From NCBI RefSeq assembly GCF_009914755.1, contig NC_060925.1: a stretch of DNA of 64,000 nt. One strand, given 5' to 3'. Source of the stretch: the human T2T-CHM13v2.0 reference genome, Homo sapiens. Below the pieces are notes generated by a model, which did no database searches, was not told the origin of the DNA, and saw only the letters and a list, made by a program, of their open reading frames with translations. The translations under genes and the position numbers were made by a program. Of this stretch, positions 34,321 to 51,401 are shown piece after piece (position 1 is the stretch's first letter; every line of letters starts with the position of its first letter).

Positions 34321-34391
34321 CATCTGGTTTCTCAGGGTCCGTGGAGTTGGGCAATGTAGTCCCCTGTGAAGTCAGATTCCCAAGAGATTGG

Positions 34392-34424
34392 AACAGTTCT
34401 GCCTCTGGTCAGTGGAGGGCAGCA
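34392..34424 (+). promoter_or_regulatory. Candidate CTCF site with upstream module
   Basis: aacagttct-gcctc-TGGTCAGTGGAGGGCAGCA; motif resemblance only. Confidence 0.4.
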
Positions 34425-34477
34425 GTGGCAGCAACATTCACTTTCAGGCTGGACGCACAGGTCTGCCCAGGAGCTGG

Positions 34478-34527
<50 letters not shown>
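34478..34527. repeat. (CA)n microsatellite
   Basis: Directly visible. Confidence 0.95.
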
Positions 34528-34649
34528 CACCCCCTGCCCCCCCGCAAGAGACTTCCTTCCTTTCTCAGGAAGCCACTTGATTCACTGACCCTTAAGGGCC
34601 CCAAACACAAATTATTTCCCCTTAGTCTCTAGAGATAACCTCTAAACAT

Positions 34650-34850
34650 TGAAGAGAATCAGGCTCTGAAGTCAGACTGGAGTTCAAAATCCAACTCTGT
34701 CATCTCCTGGCTGGGGGCTGGGTGTGACATTCATGACCTCTGTACCCTCAATTTCCCCATCTGTGAAATGGGTCCAGTGGTACCCACCTTCACTGGGTAT
34801 GATGACGGTAAAGTGTACGGTTGGCGCTCAGTGAGTGTGAGCCCACAGTG
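34650..34850 (+). mobile_element. MIR
   Basis: ggctctgaagtcagac..ctcaatttccccatctgtgaaatggg. Confidence 0.75.
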
Positions 34851-35839
34851 GGCCTGCCCAGCCCACTTCCCAACCTCTGCCCGCCATTCATTCATCGGCG
34901 GACCAGAGACAAGTTGGCTCCTGCTGTCTCAAGCCTGCCCACATGTTTGATTAATTCTGTGTCTAAGAAAGATTCACTGGGTAGTATGGAGGGAGATTGC
35001 AGGGCAGGAGCCCAGCGAGGAAGGGGAGGACTCGTGAAGACCTAACCAGGTAGCATGGGCAGCAGGGCCCAACAGGAAGATATGGTGTTCCCAGGCAGAA
35101 AAGGCCAGCACATGGCCGTGGGTGAGATGTGCTGGCCAGGAGAGGGGTGAGACGGGGCATGCCCAGGTTTCCTATCTGAGGGACTGTGTGGACAGCCAAG
35201 GAGTAGGGGCAGTTTTGACATGGGGTAAGTTCTGCTTGAATTCTGCTGAGTTTGAGGTGCTGGAGGGACTTCCAGGATGCTTTCAGCAGTGGCAAATCAC
35301 GGCTCTAGCCTGACCTCTCCCCATCTCTCACACCTGAAAAACCTGGGTCTATCCCTGCCCAGGGATCAGAGCTGCTCTAGACTAATTCAAGCCAAGGGAG
35401 GAAATTGTTTCTGTCCTTACTTCCTTTCCCGTCTTCCTCCTTGCTACCCCAACTCCCCCTAGATACCCTTTTCCAGCTCAGGGCCCCCTACTCCTCCCTT
35501 ATACTGGGAACAAGGCATGGCCGAAGAGGCCCCTGGCTCAGAAGGGGAAACTGGAAAAATGGGTTTCTGATGGGCATGACTATGGCCTGGGGGTGGATGA
35601 ATCATCAGAGCCAGCAGAGGGAGAGCGCAGTGGAGCAGAAGGTGAGTGCTGGGCCCAGGCCCCGGAGGCTGTGGGCTTTGTAGGGAAGGAAAGGTGGGCA
35701 GGGAAGGGGTTGTAAGGTCACAGGACTCTGCAGTGGGGGGTTTGGGGGCCTGTCCTGAGTTTCCCTCAATCTCCAATCTGGTGCCATGGCTAAGGCAGGA
35801 TTATAGACTTCTATTCCATTGTTTTTATTAATAATGATA

Positions 35840-36030
35840 GCAATAACAGCTGTTTGTAGATTGCTTACCATATGCTGGGCCTCCTGCTAAACTCTTTACA
35901 AGCATTACATCCTCTAACCCTCAGTTACCTTGTGATTGATCTCCACTTTAAGATGTGGACGCAGAAGCTCAGAGAGGTTAAGCCACTTGTCCTAGGCCAC
36001 ACTGAGGAGTCAGGGAGTCAGGGCAGAGCC
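35840..36030 (-). mobile_element. MIR
   Basis: gaagctcagagaggttaagccacttgtcc. Confidence 0.7.
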
Positions 36031-37049
36031 ATCTGTTTGCCCCCAGTTCCTTCAAACCCACCCCCCTACAGTCATGTTGGACTATGTCATGCACCCACCA
36101 GAAGGTGCCTCTGTGGGTGTGGAGGCGCCATCTGTGGCTGATTTGTCCTGAGGGCAGGCCTCAGGAGTCTGTCTGGCTTGCAGCATCGCAGGCCTGGGTT
36201 CTACCACTGCCCAGCCAGGCCTGACTATGACTTGGGTGAGTTCCTTTTGCTCTCTGGTCCTCAGTTTCCCCATCTGTCCAACAGTGTTTTCCAACATGGG
36301 GTCCCAGGAACCCAGAGTCTTTGGAGCTATAATCTGGGTGAAGCAACCCAGCGGGTGTGGGTACATTCAGCCACCGTTAGGTCACCCTATAGCCATGGTT
36401 CTCCTAATGCCACGAATTCTGGGCAAGTTCTTTGAATTTGTGGGTTTCGTAGGGAGGAAAGGAATGAAACTGGTTGATGCTCTGTGGGGAATGTGGAAGG
36501 GTGTGGCCCATCAGATTGACAGGGCAAGGGTCAGCAGAAAGAGGGTGGCAGGGCTCCTTGGGGTTCCTTAAAGTTGTGCTGTTCTGTGAAGAAGAGACAG
36601 GGCCATGTGTGTATGTGAAGGGTGGTGCTGGGGGGCGGGGTGCCGACCATCAGCCCGAGGCGTGGAGGGCAAGACCCGGTGTTTCTCTCCTAACCCTGGG
36701 ATTGGCAGTGGGTGGTGGGTGTGGCTTCTGGAATCTTATCAATCCCTCCGGAATGTAAGAGGCTTAAGCAAACCCCAGCCGCAGGCAGAGGAGTGAGGTA
36801 CGGGCCAGGACCTGTCCTGACTGTGGGTGGGGATCCTGGGAAGGGCCCCCATCAGGCAGGCTTGGGCTGAAGCCAGGTTTGGGGTGGGCCTGCCCAAGGA
36901 AACTGCACAGTGAGTTTCAGGCACCCCTGTCCCAAACTGGCTTTTCCTCCCTGCTGCCAGGAACCAGTCCAGCCTCACTCCTCCACACCCACATCACCAA
37001 GATTATACCCACAGGGTTGCTGCCGTCTTTGTATATCCATAGTTTTCAA

Positions 37050-37230
37050 AACATAGAGTGCCCAAACTATACCAGGCATTTCTCATCAAGATCTTATTTA
37101 ATCCTCACAGCTTGCGCAAGTATATATTTGTAATCACTAGTTTTTACATAAGGAAAATAAGTCTCAGAGAGGTTAAGTGAGCTGTCCAAGGTCAAGCAAC
37201 TACTAAATGTCAGAGCCAGGTACTGGCTCA
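37050..37230 (-). mobile_element. MIR
   Basis: aggaaaataagtctcagagaggttaagtgagctgtccaaggtca. Confidence 0.75.
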
Positions 37231-38341
37231 TTCCAAAGACAATTCATTTTTCATTTCACTAAGCTGGTGTTTCAGAGGGAGTAAGAACTGGTCCTTAACT
37301 TTAAGGTGTGTCTGATCTGTTCCTAGAGGGTTAAACAGATGGATAATCTCACCCAGCATGAACGATGGGGCAGTAGGATGCAGTGGATGGGCAGTAGGAT
37401 GCAGTGGATAGGCTGTGGGAAGGCTGCCTTTCTTCCTACTGTAGACAGTTTCCTCCATGGGTGGAGGATTAAATCATCCCAGCAAAGAAGGTAGAGAGAA
37501 AAAGGAGAAGCAGGTGGAGGAGGAAGAGGGCGACAAGGAGACAGAAAGAAAGAGTGAGGTAGTATGTGTGTTCTGAGGACAGTTACGGTGCCCAGTATAG
37601 GTTCATGAGCTGTCCATGAGCCTGTATTTCCCAAGAGTACTAGCCAACAATTTCTCATGTTTGCTTAAGCCAGTTTGACACTTGCAACCAAAAGCCATCA
37701 AATTAATGCTGTTTGTATACCATGGAAATGGCATCAGAATGGAATGCTTGACCTTTATCTCCAAAACTATACCTTCCCCATACTTCCCCATCTCCATCCA
37801 TCCAATTGCTCAAGTCCTTTTGGCCCCCCACCAACCCTATTTCTAACCTAGAAACAAGCCCTGTACATCCTACCTCCAAAATATATCTCAGATCCATCTA
37901 TTTCTCTTCATTTGCAGTGCACCCTAGTCCAGGCTGCCAGCATCTCTCATCTACATTACTGCAAATAGTCATATCACTGATCTCCTTGCTTCAAGTTTTG
38001 CTTCCCATGAATATTTCTCCACATTCGCCAGAGTGATCTTTTAAAAACATGAATCACATCATGCCACTGCTTGTGTAAAATTTTCCAGTAATTTCCTACT
38101 GTGCCTGAAATCCACACTCTTTGCCAGGACTTCTAATAGCTAGCTGTTATCTACCTTGTAGTGTCATCCTGCCTTCTTTCTATTGCACAAAGCTACCAAG
38201 CTCATTTCAGCCTCAGGGCACTTGCATTTGCTGCTTAATCTGTCTGGAAGAACCTACATCTTCACATGGCTGTTTCCTTCTCATCATTCAGTTTGGCAGT
38301 CAAGTGTTACCTCTCATAGAGGCCTTCTTTGAGTACCCTAG

Positions 38342-39012
<671 letters not shown>

Positions 39013-39135
39013 CTAAAGCTGCATATATTTCTCTCTCCCATCCCAAATTACTCTCTGTTCTATTACCATTTACCTCCTTCATAGCACTTTTCAGAGTTTG
39101 TAATTTTGGGTGAATCAGAAGTAGATTAGCCATCA

Positions 39136-39457
<322 letters not shown>

Positions 39458-39479
39458 AGAGACTGAAGACCAGCTTTGG

Positions 39480-40540
39480 ATCAGCTTAGTCCCTGACTGC
39501 ATTAAGGTGATCTGTCTCTACTACCTGTCACAAATAAAAGTGTATCTTCTCTTGAGAAAAAGAACATGATCCAGAGTTTCAAATTATCTCTACATTTTTC
39601 ATACACAATGTTAAAATTTAATCAAAATTTACTGAACATGCAAAGAGACATGAATTTACCAAAACATCAAGAGAAAAAAAATCATAGAAAGAGACCCATA
39701 GGAGTCCAGATATTGGCACTGACTTTAAAGTAACAGTGATAAATAAATTAAATGTAAAGATGGGAAATTTCAACAGAGAACTGGAAACTATAGAAATTAT
39801 CAAAAATGAACTCTAGAACTAAAAAGTGTAGCAGTTGAAATAAAAAACTCAATAGATGGGTTTGGCAACAGATCAGACACAACTGAAGAGAGAATTAGTG
39901 AACTGGAAATAGATCAAATTTCCAGACCTAAGTAAGGAGAGTGTAAAGGATGCAAAAATACAAATAACATTGTGTCTCTTACATTGCTATCTATATGAGA
40001 TACATAATTTAAATGTATCCACTGTGTTTCATGTGTTTCTTACATAATTGGAAGGGATCTATAATTGCAAGAGATCTATAAGAGATAACAATGTAAGAGA
40101 CATGTGAAACACAGTGGACATGTCTAAATTATGTATAATTTGAAGAGACCTATAATTGCAAGAGATCTATAAGAGATAACGATGAAAGAGACACATGAAA
40201 CACATGGACATGTCTAAATTATGTATAATTGGAATCTCGAAGTGAAAGGAAAGAGAAAATAGGGCAGATGCAATATTTGAAGAGATGATGGTTGAGAATT
40301 TCCAAAACTGAAGAAAGATATCAAGTCATAAGATGCATTAAGAATTATGAACTCTATACAGAATGAATACGAAGAAAACCATATTCAGGCACACAGTAGT
40401 CAAACTTCTGAAAGCCAAAGACAAAGAGAAAAATCTTAAAAGAGGCCAGAGAGAAAAAGATATATATTCAAAGAATCTACAATAGGACTGACAGTGGACT
40501 TCTCCACAGAAACCACAAGAGCCAGAAGACAACAACTACT
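39480..40540 (+). mobile_element. Ancient L1M 5'/ORF1 relic
   Basis: aaaaactcaatagatggg, gaagagagaattagtgaactggaa, caaagacaaagagaaaaatcttaaaa. Confidence 0.7.
39970..40234. repeat. Complex local repeat: two inverted copies plus a ~91-bp tandem duplication
   Basis: 39973-39992 is rc of 40083-40102 (19/20); 40000-40045 is rc of 40091-40136 (39/46); 40046-40136 duplicated at 40137-40226. Confidence 0.9.
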
Positions 40541-40559
40541 GCCCATCTAGATTTCCATA

Positions 40560-41000
40560 TCCATTACAACTATGAACTGATCTTCTGCTCTTCCCTTCAC
40601 TCATTTAATTCTAGACATACTGGCTTTGTTATTCCTTTTACATCCCAGACACATTCACACTATAGACTCTTCACACTGGCTGTTTCCTCTACTTGATTAT
40701 TCTTCTCTCTCAGACATTTATATAACTTTTGCCCTCATCATCTTTAAGTCCTTTCTCAAATGTCACCATTCCAATGAGGCCTACCTTAGCCACCCCTTTG
40801 AAATGGTAACACACTTATTCCACCTGGTACTCCTCATCCTTCTTCCTGAAATTATTTTTCTTTATGCATTATTACCTTCTGACATATTATATATTTTACT
40901 TACTTATACTTTTTGTGTTGTTGCTCTCCTTTTACCTAAATGTAAGCTGATTCATGTAACTGATTTATTTAAAAAATATATATGTATTTAAAATAACTAC
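40560..41000 (+). mobile_element. L2 3' relic
   Basis: tctcaaatgtcacc..aatgaggcct; taaatgtaagct. Confidence 0.6.
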
Positions 41001-41179
41001 AGCTCTTTTAATCAGAAGGGTCATTCAGGGTATTTGGTATGCCATGATGCCAGAAGCATGAGTTCCCATCGTTGCTTGTTTACCCTTGTATTGATTTCTC
41101 CCTGTGTCTTTTATTGTAAGGTAAGACTAATCCTCTCTGAAAGTAGATGGGGTAGATAGACAGACAGACAGATACTGAG

Positions 41180-41700
41180 ATGTGTTTAAGTATGGATGTT
41201 TTCCGTTGCAAGTTATAGGAAACCCAACTATAAGTGACTTAAAGAATAAAGACATTTATTACCTCACATAAGTCATCCAGAGGCAAGACTTCTCCAGGGT
41301 TAGCTCAATGCTGACATCAACTTGTTGTCAATCTTCAGATTTTATCTCACTCAGCAAGCTGATTACTATGCAGTTTCACAAGCAGACATGAAGATGTCTT
41401 GCTAAAAAGGGATGGTTTTTTCTTTTGCATGATTTTTAGGTCTAAGACACCCATTTACTGCAGTGTTCCCCAGCAGACCCCCTCTGTCTCATTGACCAGT
41501 AATGCATCATTAGGTCATTCCAAAACCATAAATAGGCAAAGACAATGGATTATTGTGATTGGTTTAGACTGATCATGATTTGTCTACTGTGGTGGGAGGG
41601 TGGGTGTCAAGCCCCCAGGAGGCACATACCTGACCAAAATCAGGGTTCTTTTACCAAGAAAGGGAGTGCTGTTGGGATGGCAACATGTAGATCTCTTACA
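41180..41700 (-). mobile_element. Old MLT1 (J/K-like) LTR
   Basis: gttgcaagt..ggaaacccaact..acttaaa..taaagacatttatt. Confidence 0.55.
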
Positions 41701-41926
41701 AAGCTTTTCAGTTTATGATTTAAAAAATTACTTCACAGCCTTGAGCTCATTAATCCTCACCTGTCCAGGAATATTTTGTTGTCCCATTTTGCAGATGAGC
41801 TCAGAAATATTGAATGATTTTTCTGAAGGGCATAGAGCTAAGACATGTCAAAATCTTGTCTGGGGTCCACCAGCCTTGGAGCTCCTGCCCGTGAGTCAGT
41901 GATGGTTTTTAAAAATTGGCCACAAA

Positions 41927-42760
<834 letters not shown>

Positions 42761-43689
42761 AAATTGGCTACAAATCCTTTGAAGCTCCTCCTATTAAGAA
42801 GTGGGGTCGATGCCCCATCCCCTGGAATTGAGTGGGCTTGTGTCAGCTTTGACCAATAGAGTATGGTGGAAGTGACCCTCTGTGACTTCTGAGGCTAGGC
42901 CTTTGGGCATCTTCTACCTGGCTCTCTCTAGACACTGACTCTTTAGATGTTCCTGCTCAGAACGCAACTGCCATGCTATAAGAAGCCCAAGCCATATATA
43001 AGCCATGAAGGAGACATTCCCAGCTAAGCCCAGCCTTCAGCCATCCAAGGCCAGGAGCCAGACGTGTGAGTGAAGGAACCCCCAGATGACTCCAGTCCCC
43101 AGCCACTGGAGCCTTCTCAGTTAACGCCTTAGACATCAAGAGGTAGAGATAAACCATTCCTACAGTGCTCTGTCCAAATTCCTGACTGCCAAATCCATGA
43201 GCCTAATAAAAATGTTGCTTTGTTCTGCCAAGCTGGGGGTATTTGCTATGCAGCAACAGATTGTAGAGGCCACCAGTCCTACTCCTGGCTCTACCATTCC
43301 TGTTTCTATCCCATTGGATCCCTTTCCAGTCTCTCAAGAGTCCCTCATTCAGGTGCCCTAGAGAAGCCAGATGGTGCTCAGAAATGGAGAGGGAAGGGAT
43401 CTTTTTTTTTCCCACTCAGTTATTTACTGAGCGTGTTTCCTCAGAAAAGGTTGAAATTTACCTGTGAGTTCAAATTCCTGTTAATCCCTAGAACACCTGC
43501 ATTGACACCTGTTTGCCCTGACTCGGAATTGTGAAAAGGGCTCAGGTTTATGGAGATTTGCATTTCTTTTACATAAATTTGTTGGGACCTCAGTTGCCCC
43601 CTGGCTCTGGCTTTTGCCCAGCCCTCTCTTCTGAGCTCATGACCTCTACATCCGACTAGAGCCAGGTTACTCCCTTCCCCTCTGTAATG

Positions 43690-45244
<1,555 letters not shown>

Positions 45245-45679
45245 CTATTCTGCCTTCTTAAAATCACCTGCATCCACACTGTCCTCCCCTTAGCCCCCAG
45301 TCAACAGCTGGTTCAAACTCCACCTTCTTCCCCTTTAGCGATTACAATTGTCTAGTAACCCGCGTCCCTCCCTCTGCTCTCTGTCCATCTAGGCTTTTGC
45401 CACATACATTTAAAAATTATTATTTTTAACCAATATAAAAGTAATACATGTTGCTAATGGAAAACTTTGAAGACACAGATAGATGAAAAAAGGTGGGATC
45501 CCTACCCACATGCATACCATTTAGAGATAAGCACTATTTACATTTTGAAGCATTCTTCTATGCAAAAGCTGGATTTTTTTGTTTGTTTTTTAACATATAG
45601 CTGTGCTTCTACTGACTCTTCAGATTAATGCCCTATTTTGAAAAAAACCTATAACCATAGCAGCTGATGTTTATGTTTA

Positions 45680-46130
45680 CTGTGTAACTTAAGCATGTTA
45701 TTTAACATTCCAATGTCTCAGTTTCCTCACTTGTAAACTGGGAATGGTGTTAATACCCACCTCATTGGTGGGTGGTGAGGATTAAATCTGGAAAGTAAAC
45801 CTGAAAAGTTCTCAATGAGTATTAGATATTATTGTTGTTACTGAGTGCTTATGCTGTACAGGAACCATTCCAAATACATCCGCGCACCAACTCATGGAAT
45901 CCTCATACCCACCCTATGAAGCAGGTGTAGTAATAACATGATAACCTAAAGAGGCTACAGTCGTTTTACCAAGGAAAGGAAAAGCAAAACCAGTCATGGC
46001 TCTCTCCAGCTTGTAAGAGTCTGATGCTCCCACCATCTGTAGGATACATAATACTAATAACAATAGCTGATGTTCACCGAATACTTCACATGTGTTGGGC
46101 CCAGTGCTAAGTGTTCGCACGTGCAGACAT
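45680..46130. mobile_element. Cluster of MIR fragments (both strands)
   Basis: tctcagtttcctcacttgtaaactgggaat; atcctcataccaccctatgaag. Confidence 0.65.
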
Positions 46131-46599
46131 TCCTCCCACAGTGCCAGTTTTCATAACCTGATCTGTGCATACCTTGATGGATCAATTAGGGAACACGATT
46201 TGCATCCTGCGGCTTGTGATTGGTTATACAGCAGCGCAAGCTGGAAGCAGCCTGGAAGCTGCGGCTGGGCTGCCGTGAGGTTGCTGCCTGGGTTTTGCTT
46301 TGTTTATCCAAACAATGGCTGCTTCTCAAGGTGTGTTACTGATGGTGCTGGTGGTGCTAGAAATAGGAAGGCCAGCACTCTGAAAGAAAATATAGATGTA
46401 ATCGAAGCTCAGAGATGCTCAGGGATATAAAACTTTCATAACCATACACATATTGCTAGGGCAAACACTGTTATTATTAAGGTATCAACAAGAAGAATGA
46501 CTTTGCAGTTGCTAGACTGAAAATCTCTAACCCAACCACATTTTCACATTCGTTTTTATGATTAATTTCAAAAGAACCACCACAACAATAATAATAAAC

Positions 46600-47050
46600 T
46601 TCACTAACGCTTATTGAACTTACTGTGTGATGGCTTTGTGCTAAGAGATTTGCATAATGATCTATTTAATTTTCACGCAATGCTCTTTGTTATTGGCTCC
46701 ATTTTACAGATAGGGAAACCAAGGCATAGAGAGATGAGACGATTGCTCAGTGTCAAACAGTTAGAAGGAAGCGGAGCTGGGCCTCACACACGTATAGTCT
46801 AGCTTGAGCCAGAGCCACAACCATTGTGCTATTCTACTGGTTTGTTGATTGCATGAGGTTTCTTAGAACTGCAGTTATTGCATGATGGCCACATCATCTC
46901 ATTTGTTTTTTCTACTAATCCTAAGAGACATTTTCTCGTGCTTTAGCTATTTCCCAATGAAGACCAAGGCACGGAGACGTCAAACAAATTATCATTGCAA
47001 AGTTGCACAGCCAGTAAGTGACTGACCCTGGGCTCCAAAAGATACCTGTG
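46600..47050 (-). mobile_element. Two MIR fragments
   Basis: ccattttacagatagggaaaccaaggc; cacagccagtaagtgac. Confidence 0.7.
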
Positions 47051-47529
47051 GAATCCACAGTCCCCGATCTCCCTGCTGGGGTCAAGTCCCCTGATATTTC
47101 CTCCCATAGCACCACTTACCTGTCAGTCCACAACTGACGCAGTTGTCATTTTACACATGCCTGTGTAGTTATTTTGTTGTCTCCCCAACTAGAGAGTGAG
47201 GTCAGTAAGGGCAGGGTCCATGCTGGGTTTTGATTATCATTGTGTCCCCACTACAAAATAAATGTCCAATTAATATTTGTGGACTGAATGAGCGAATGAT
47301 GGATTCCTCTGGAGGCACTGAGCTGGACCAAGGGGGTACAAGGGACACACCCCAGCTCCCTCAGCCCTACTAAGGCAGCTTCTAAGGCTCAGGATGTTTT
47401 CTCATCCTGTCCTGACATCAAGGGCTATAGAAGGTTGCTGGAGCCTAAGCCCATCAGTAGGTGGGAACTGAAATTACTGTTATTGGCCAGAGCCTGGACT
47501 TGGTTCTTGGAGTCACAGATGATGTTGAT

Positions 47530-48371
<842 letters not shown>

Positions 48372-48946
48372 TGACACTTGTCTGCTTCTTCAACTGCCTC
48401 TCTGTGTTCTTCATTTCAGTGGTGCAGAGGTGGAGGCTGGAAACTAACATTTGTAAGGTTCTTACTACAAATGCATCATCTCATTTCTTCCACTGAATAA
48501 CTACAGGTATGCAAAATAGTTTCTCTTAGTCCCAATTTACTAAGAAGAAAACTGAAATGCAGTGAGGTTATGTGGCTTGTCCAGGGTCACGCACTGAGAC
48601 TCAGTTGCCCATAGGATAAAAATCAAACTTCTTAATGTGGCATTCAGTACTCTTCAGGCTCTCTGCTCCTTTCCATCCTCCTCAGCTTCAGATGTCCCCA
48701 TTCTGTACTCCCATTCTCACTCTAAGCCCTGGGCAGACCAAAATCCTTTAGTTCCCCTGATTGCTCCTTCTGCCTAAGATAGTCTATTTACTTTCTGCCT
48801 GACCAACTACAGTTCATTCTTTAGGCATTGATTGCATTGTCACATGCTCTCAGAGGCCTTTCCTGGCCACCCATTCTGGCTTTAGCCTGCCTTTTCTCTG
48901 CATGCCTGCAATGCCCTGCTTTTCCCTCACCCATCCCTTCTCACAC

Positions 48947-49243
48947 TTTTTTTTTTTTTTTGAAACAGAGTCTCGCTCTGTCGCCCAGGCTGGAGTGTAG
49001 TGGTGCAATCTCGGCTCACTGAAACCTCCGCCTCCCAGGCTCAAGCAATCTTCCTGCCTCAGCCTCCTGAGTAGCTAGGATTACAGGTCCATGCCACCAC
49101 GCCCAGCTAATTTTTGTATTTTTCGTAGAGACGGGGTTTCACCATGTTGGCCAGGCTGGTCTTGAACTCCTGACCTGAAATGATCAGCCTGCCTCGGCCT
49201 CCCAAAGTGTTGGAATTACAGGCATGAGCCACCGAGCCTGGCC
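48947..49243 (-). mobile_element. Alu (AluS)
   Basis: Antisense dimer; TSD ~ccctt..acacttt. Confidence 0.96.
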
Positions 49244-49314
49244 CCTTTTTACACTTTCTTATAGTTACCTGGAGTCATGTCTGTCTTCCCCTGAGACTTT
49301 GTGCCTCTGGAGCC

Positions 49315-49890
49315 TGGCAGGGTAGTGCAGTGCCGTGGTCCAGAGAGTGAACTCTGGCACACAAGAGTTTGACTTCCAGCTCCATCACTTCCTAAATATG
49401 GAACTGGGATGCCTCCTCTCAACTCTGTGTGCCTCACTTTCACTCTTAAGATGGGGATATTTAATAGTTTCCACCTTACATGACTGTTGCAGGAATTAAA
49501 TGAGTTTCTGCATGTAAACACTTAGGATGAATGGGGCCTGACACATAGGAAGTACTCAATAAATCTCATCTATTTTTATGATTATTCCTGTACTTGAAGC
49601 ACTTGCTGTCTGCCAGACATTCACCAAGTGTTTGTTGAAAGAATGAATGGGGCAGTGGAACTTGGATTACCCAGAATACAACCCCTAGGGTACTGATGTG
49701 GCCTAAAGTCAAATACTGCTCCTCAGTCAGAGAAACTTGGGCTCCAATCCTAGCTGTGTGACCCTACACAAGTTACTTCACCTCCCTCTATCTCCATTTC
49801 CTCAACTTTGAAATGAGTAAACTAACACCTGCCATGAAAGATTGTTATATTCGCATGGCACAGAGCCCAGCATACAGTAGGAGCTCAAAT
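49315..49890 (+). mobile_element. MIR fragments and L2 tail
   Basis: ctctgtgtgcctcac..aagatggggat; ttgttgaaagaatgaatg; ctgtgtgacc..acaagttactt. Confidence 0.7.
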
Positions 49891-51050
49891 ACCTTAAGTT
49901 TCCTTCCCTCCCCACCCACGCCGTGTCATCATTTTTGCCAAGGGCTACATCAGAAGAACAAATGCTAGGAAATTGGCTTCTTTCCACTTAAAAAAATCTC
50001 AAAGGAGAAAGTAATCTTTGTGATTTAAAGACCCCCCACCCCATCTTGTACTGACCAGATCCCCCGACCATCCAGGGGCCTTTGAACTCATTCAGCTTTG
50101 GCAGGAAATGGACCCTCCGCATCAGAGAGATCGGAAGGAGCAGGCCCTCCCTGCTGCCTTCCCGTTGAGCGAGAGGAAGCAGGAGGAACAGGGAGGTCTA
50201 GGACCAGCACGGCAGCTGGGATGCTGGTCCTGACTTGTCCACTGGCTCCCTGTGCAGCCTTGACCAAAGCCTGCACCTTTCAGGGCAGCATTGCTCCCAT
50301 CTGTCCAATGGGGTCGGGTCCACGTACTCTGAGGTCCCTTCCAGAGCAGGCATTCTATGATGCAGGAAGTGGGACCCCTCTGCTGCCAGGGAGATCAAAG
50401 AGTGGTTTCCCAGAGGAGGCCTCACAGCTGCCTGCCCTCTGAGCAGCTCCTGGCTTCCTGCTCTGCATGGAGCCTGCTGTTCAGCCCTGGGAATGGCTGA
50501 GGCCTCAGCTGAGGTCGATCATTGGGCTTCCTCACTCCCCCTGCAGTCCCGGGTCATAGATTTAAGATGCTTGACTCTCCTCTGTTAGCCACCTGTGATG
50601 GAGGCACCGTGTTGTGTGTTCCTCAAGTTTAATTCGTAGGAAATGTCTGTCTGTACCTTAGGACACTTGGGAACTCCTCACTTTACTCTTCTGGAACCTC
50701 CCAGGACTCTGCTTGGTAATGGACCATGTTCCTCGTCATCCAGCCTCTGAGGCCCTGCAATACCGCTTTCCTGTGCTGATTTCTCCTTGCTCAAGGCTTT
50801 CCCCACACCTTTGCATGTGCTGTCCCTGTCCCACCCCGCCCCCCAGGCACTCCTGGCCAGACACATGATTAGTTTTCCTAGGTTATCTCTCTTCCTCACG
50901 ATGCCTGTAAGGGAGACACTATTGCCATCTTCATTTGCCAGGAGAAGGAAACAGATACTTGGAAAAGTGAGGTGTCATTTTGAAGGTCTCCAGCAAACTC
51001 CAGGCTAAGCCTAGCCTAGGACGTGGCCTCCTCTCTCCACATCTGTGCCT

Positions 51051-51401
51051 TGTTAAAGAAAACATTCTTCAGGGATACTTGCTAAAGCACAGTAAGGCAG
51101 ACTTTACTCAGGACTGTCACTATAGGTGTAGGGACCACTGCAATAGGATTTTGTAGTGGAGGAGTGAGATTGGGCTCAATGCTGAATACAGAACAGGCAA
51201 GTGGGAATTTATAGCCCGGAAGCAGGGTGAGGGTCAGTGCATGGAAAATTACTAAGAGGAAACATCAGAGATAAGGGAAATTCTGGCTAAACTGACCTAA
51301 CAGGATTCTTGCTGAAGACAGGCCAGGGTGGGCATAGGGGTGGACCTAGGAGAAGGTTTAGAAGCCTGACTAGAGTTTGGTCAAGCAGCGGACCTTTGTC
51401 A
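51051..51401 (-). mobile_element. ERV1 solo LTR (MER31-like)
   Basis: tgttaaagaaaa...gagtttggtcaagc..ctttgtca; 4-bp TSD gcct/gtct. Confidence 0.7.

Noticed and set aside
36121-36140. ggcgccatctgtggc as a CTCF site
   Set aside because: One base short of the core spacing (gcgccatctNgtgg); only half the motif fits
34900-37000. Possible exons in GC-rich unique DNA (GT donor-like sites at ~35225, ~35641, ~36797; also the 50050-50800 island)
   Set aside because: No recognisable protein similarity or consistent exon chain; non-coding exons cannot be excluded without transcript data
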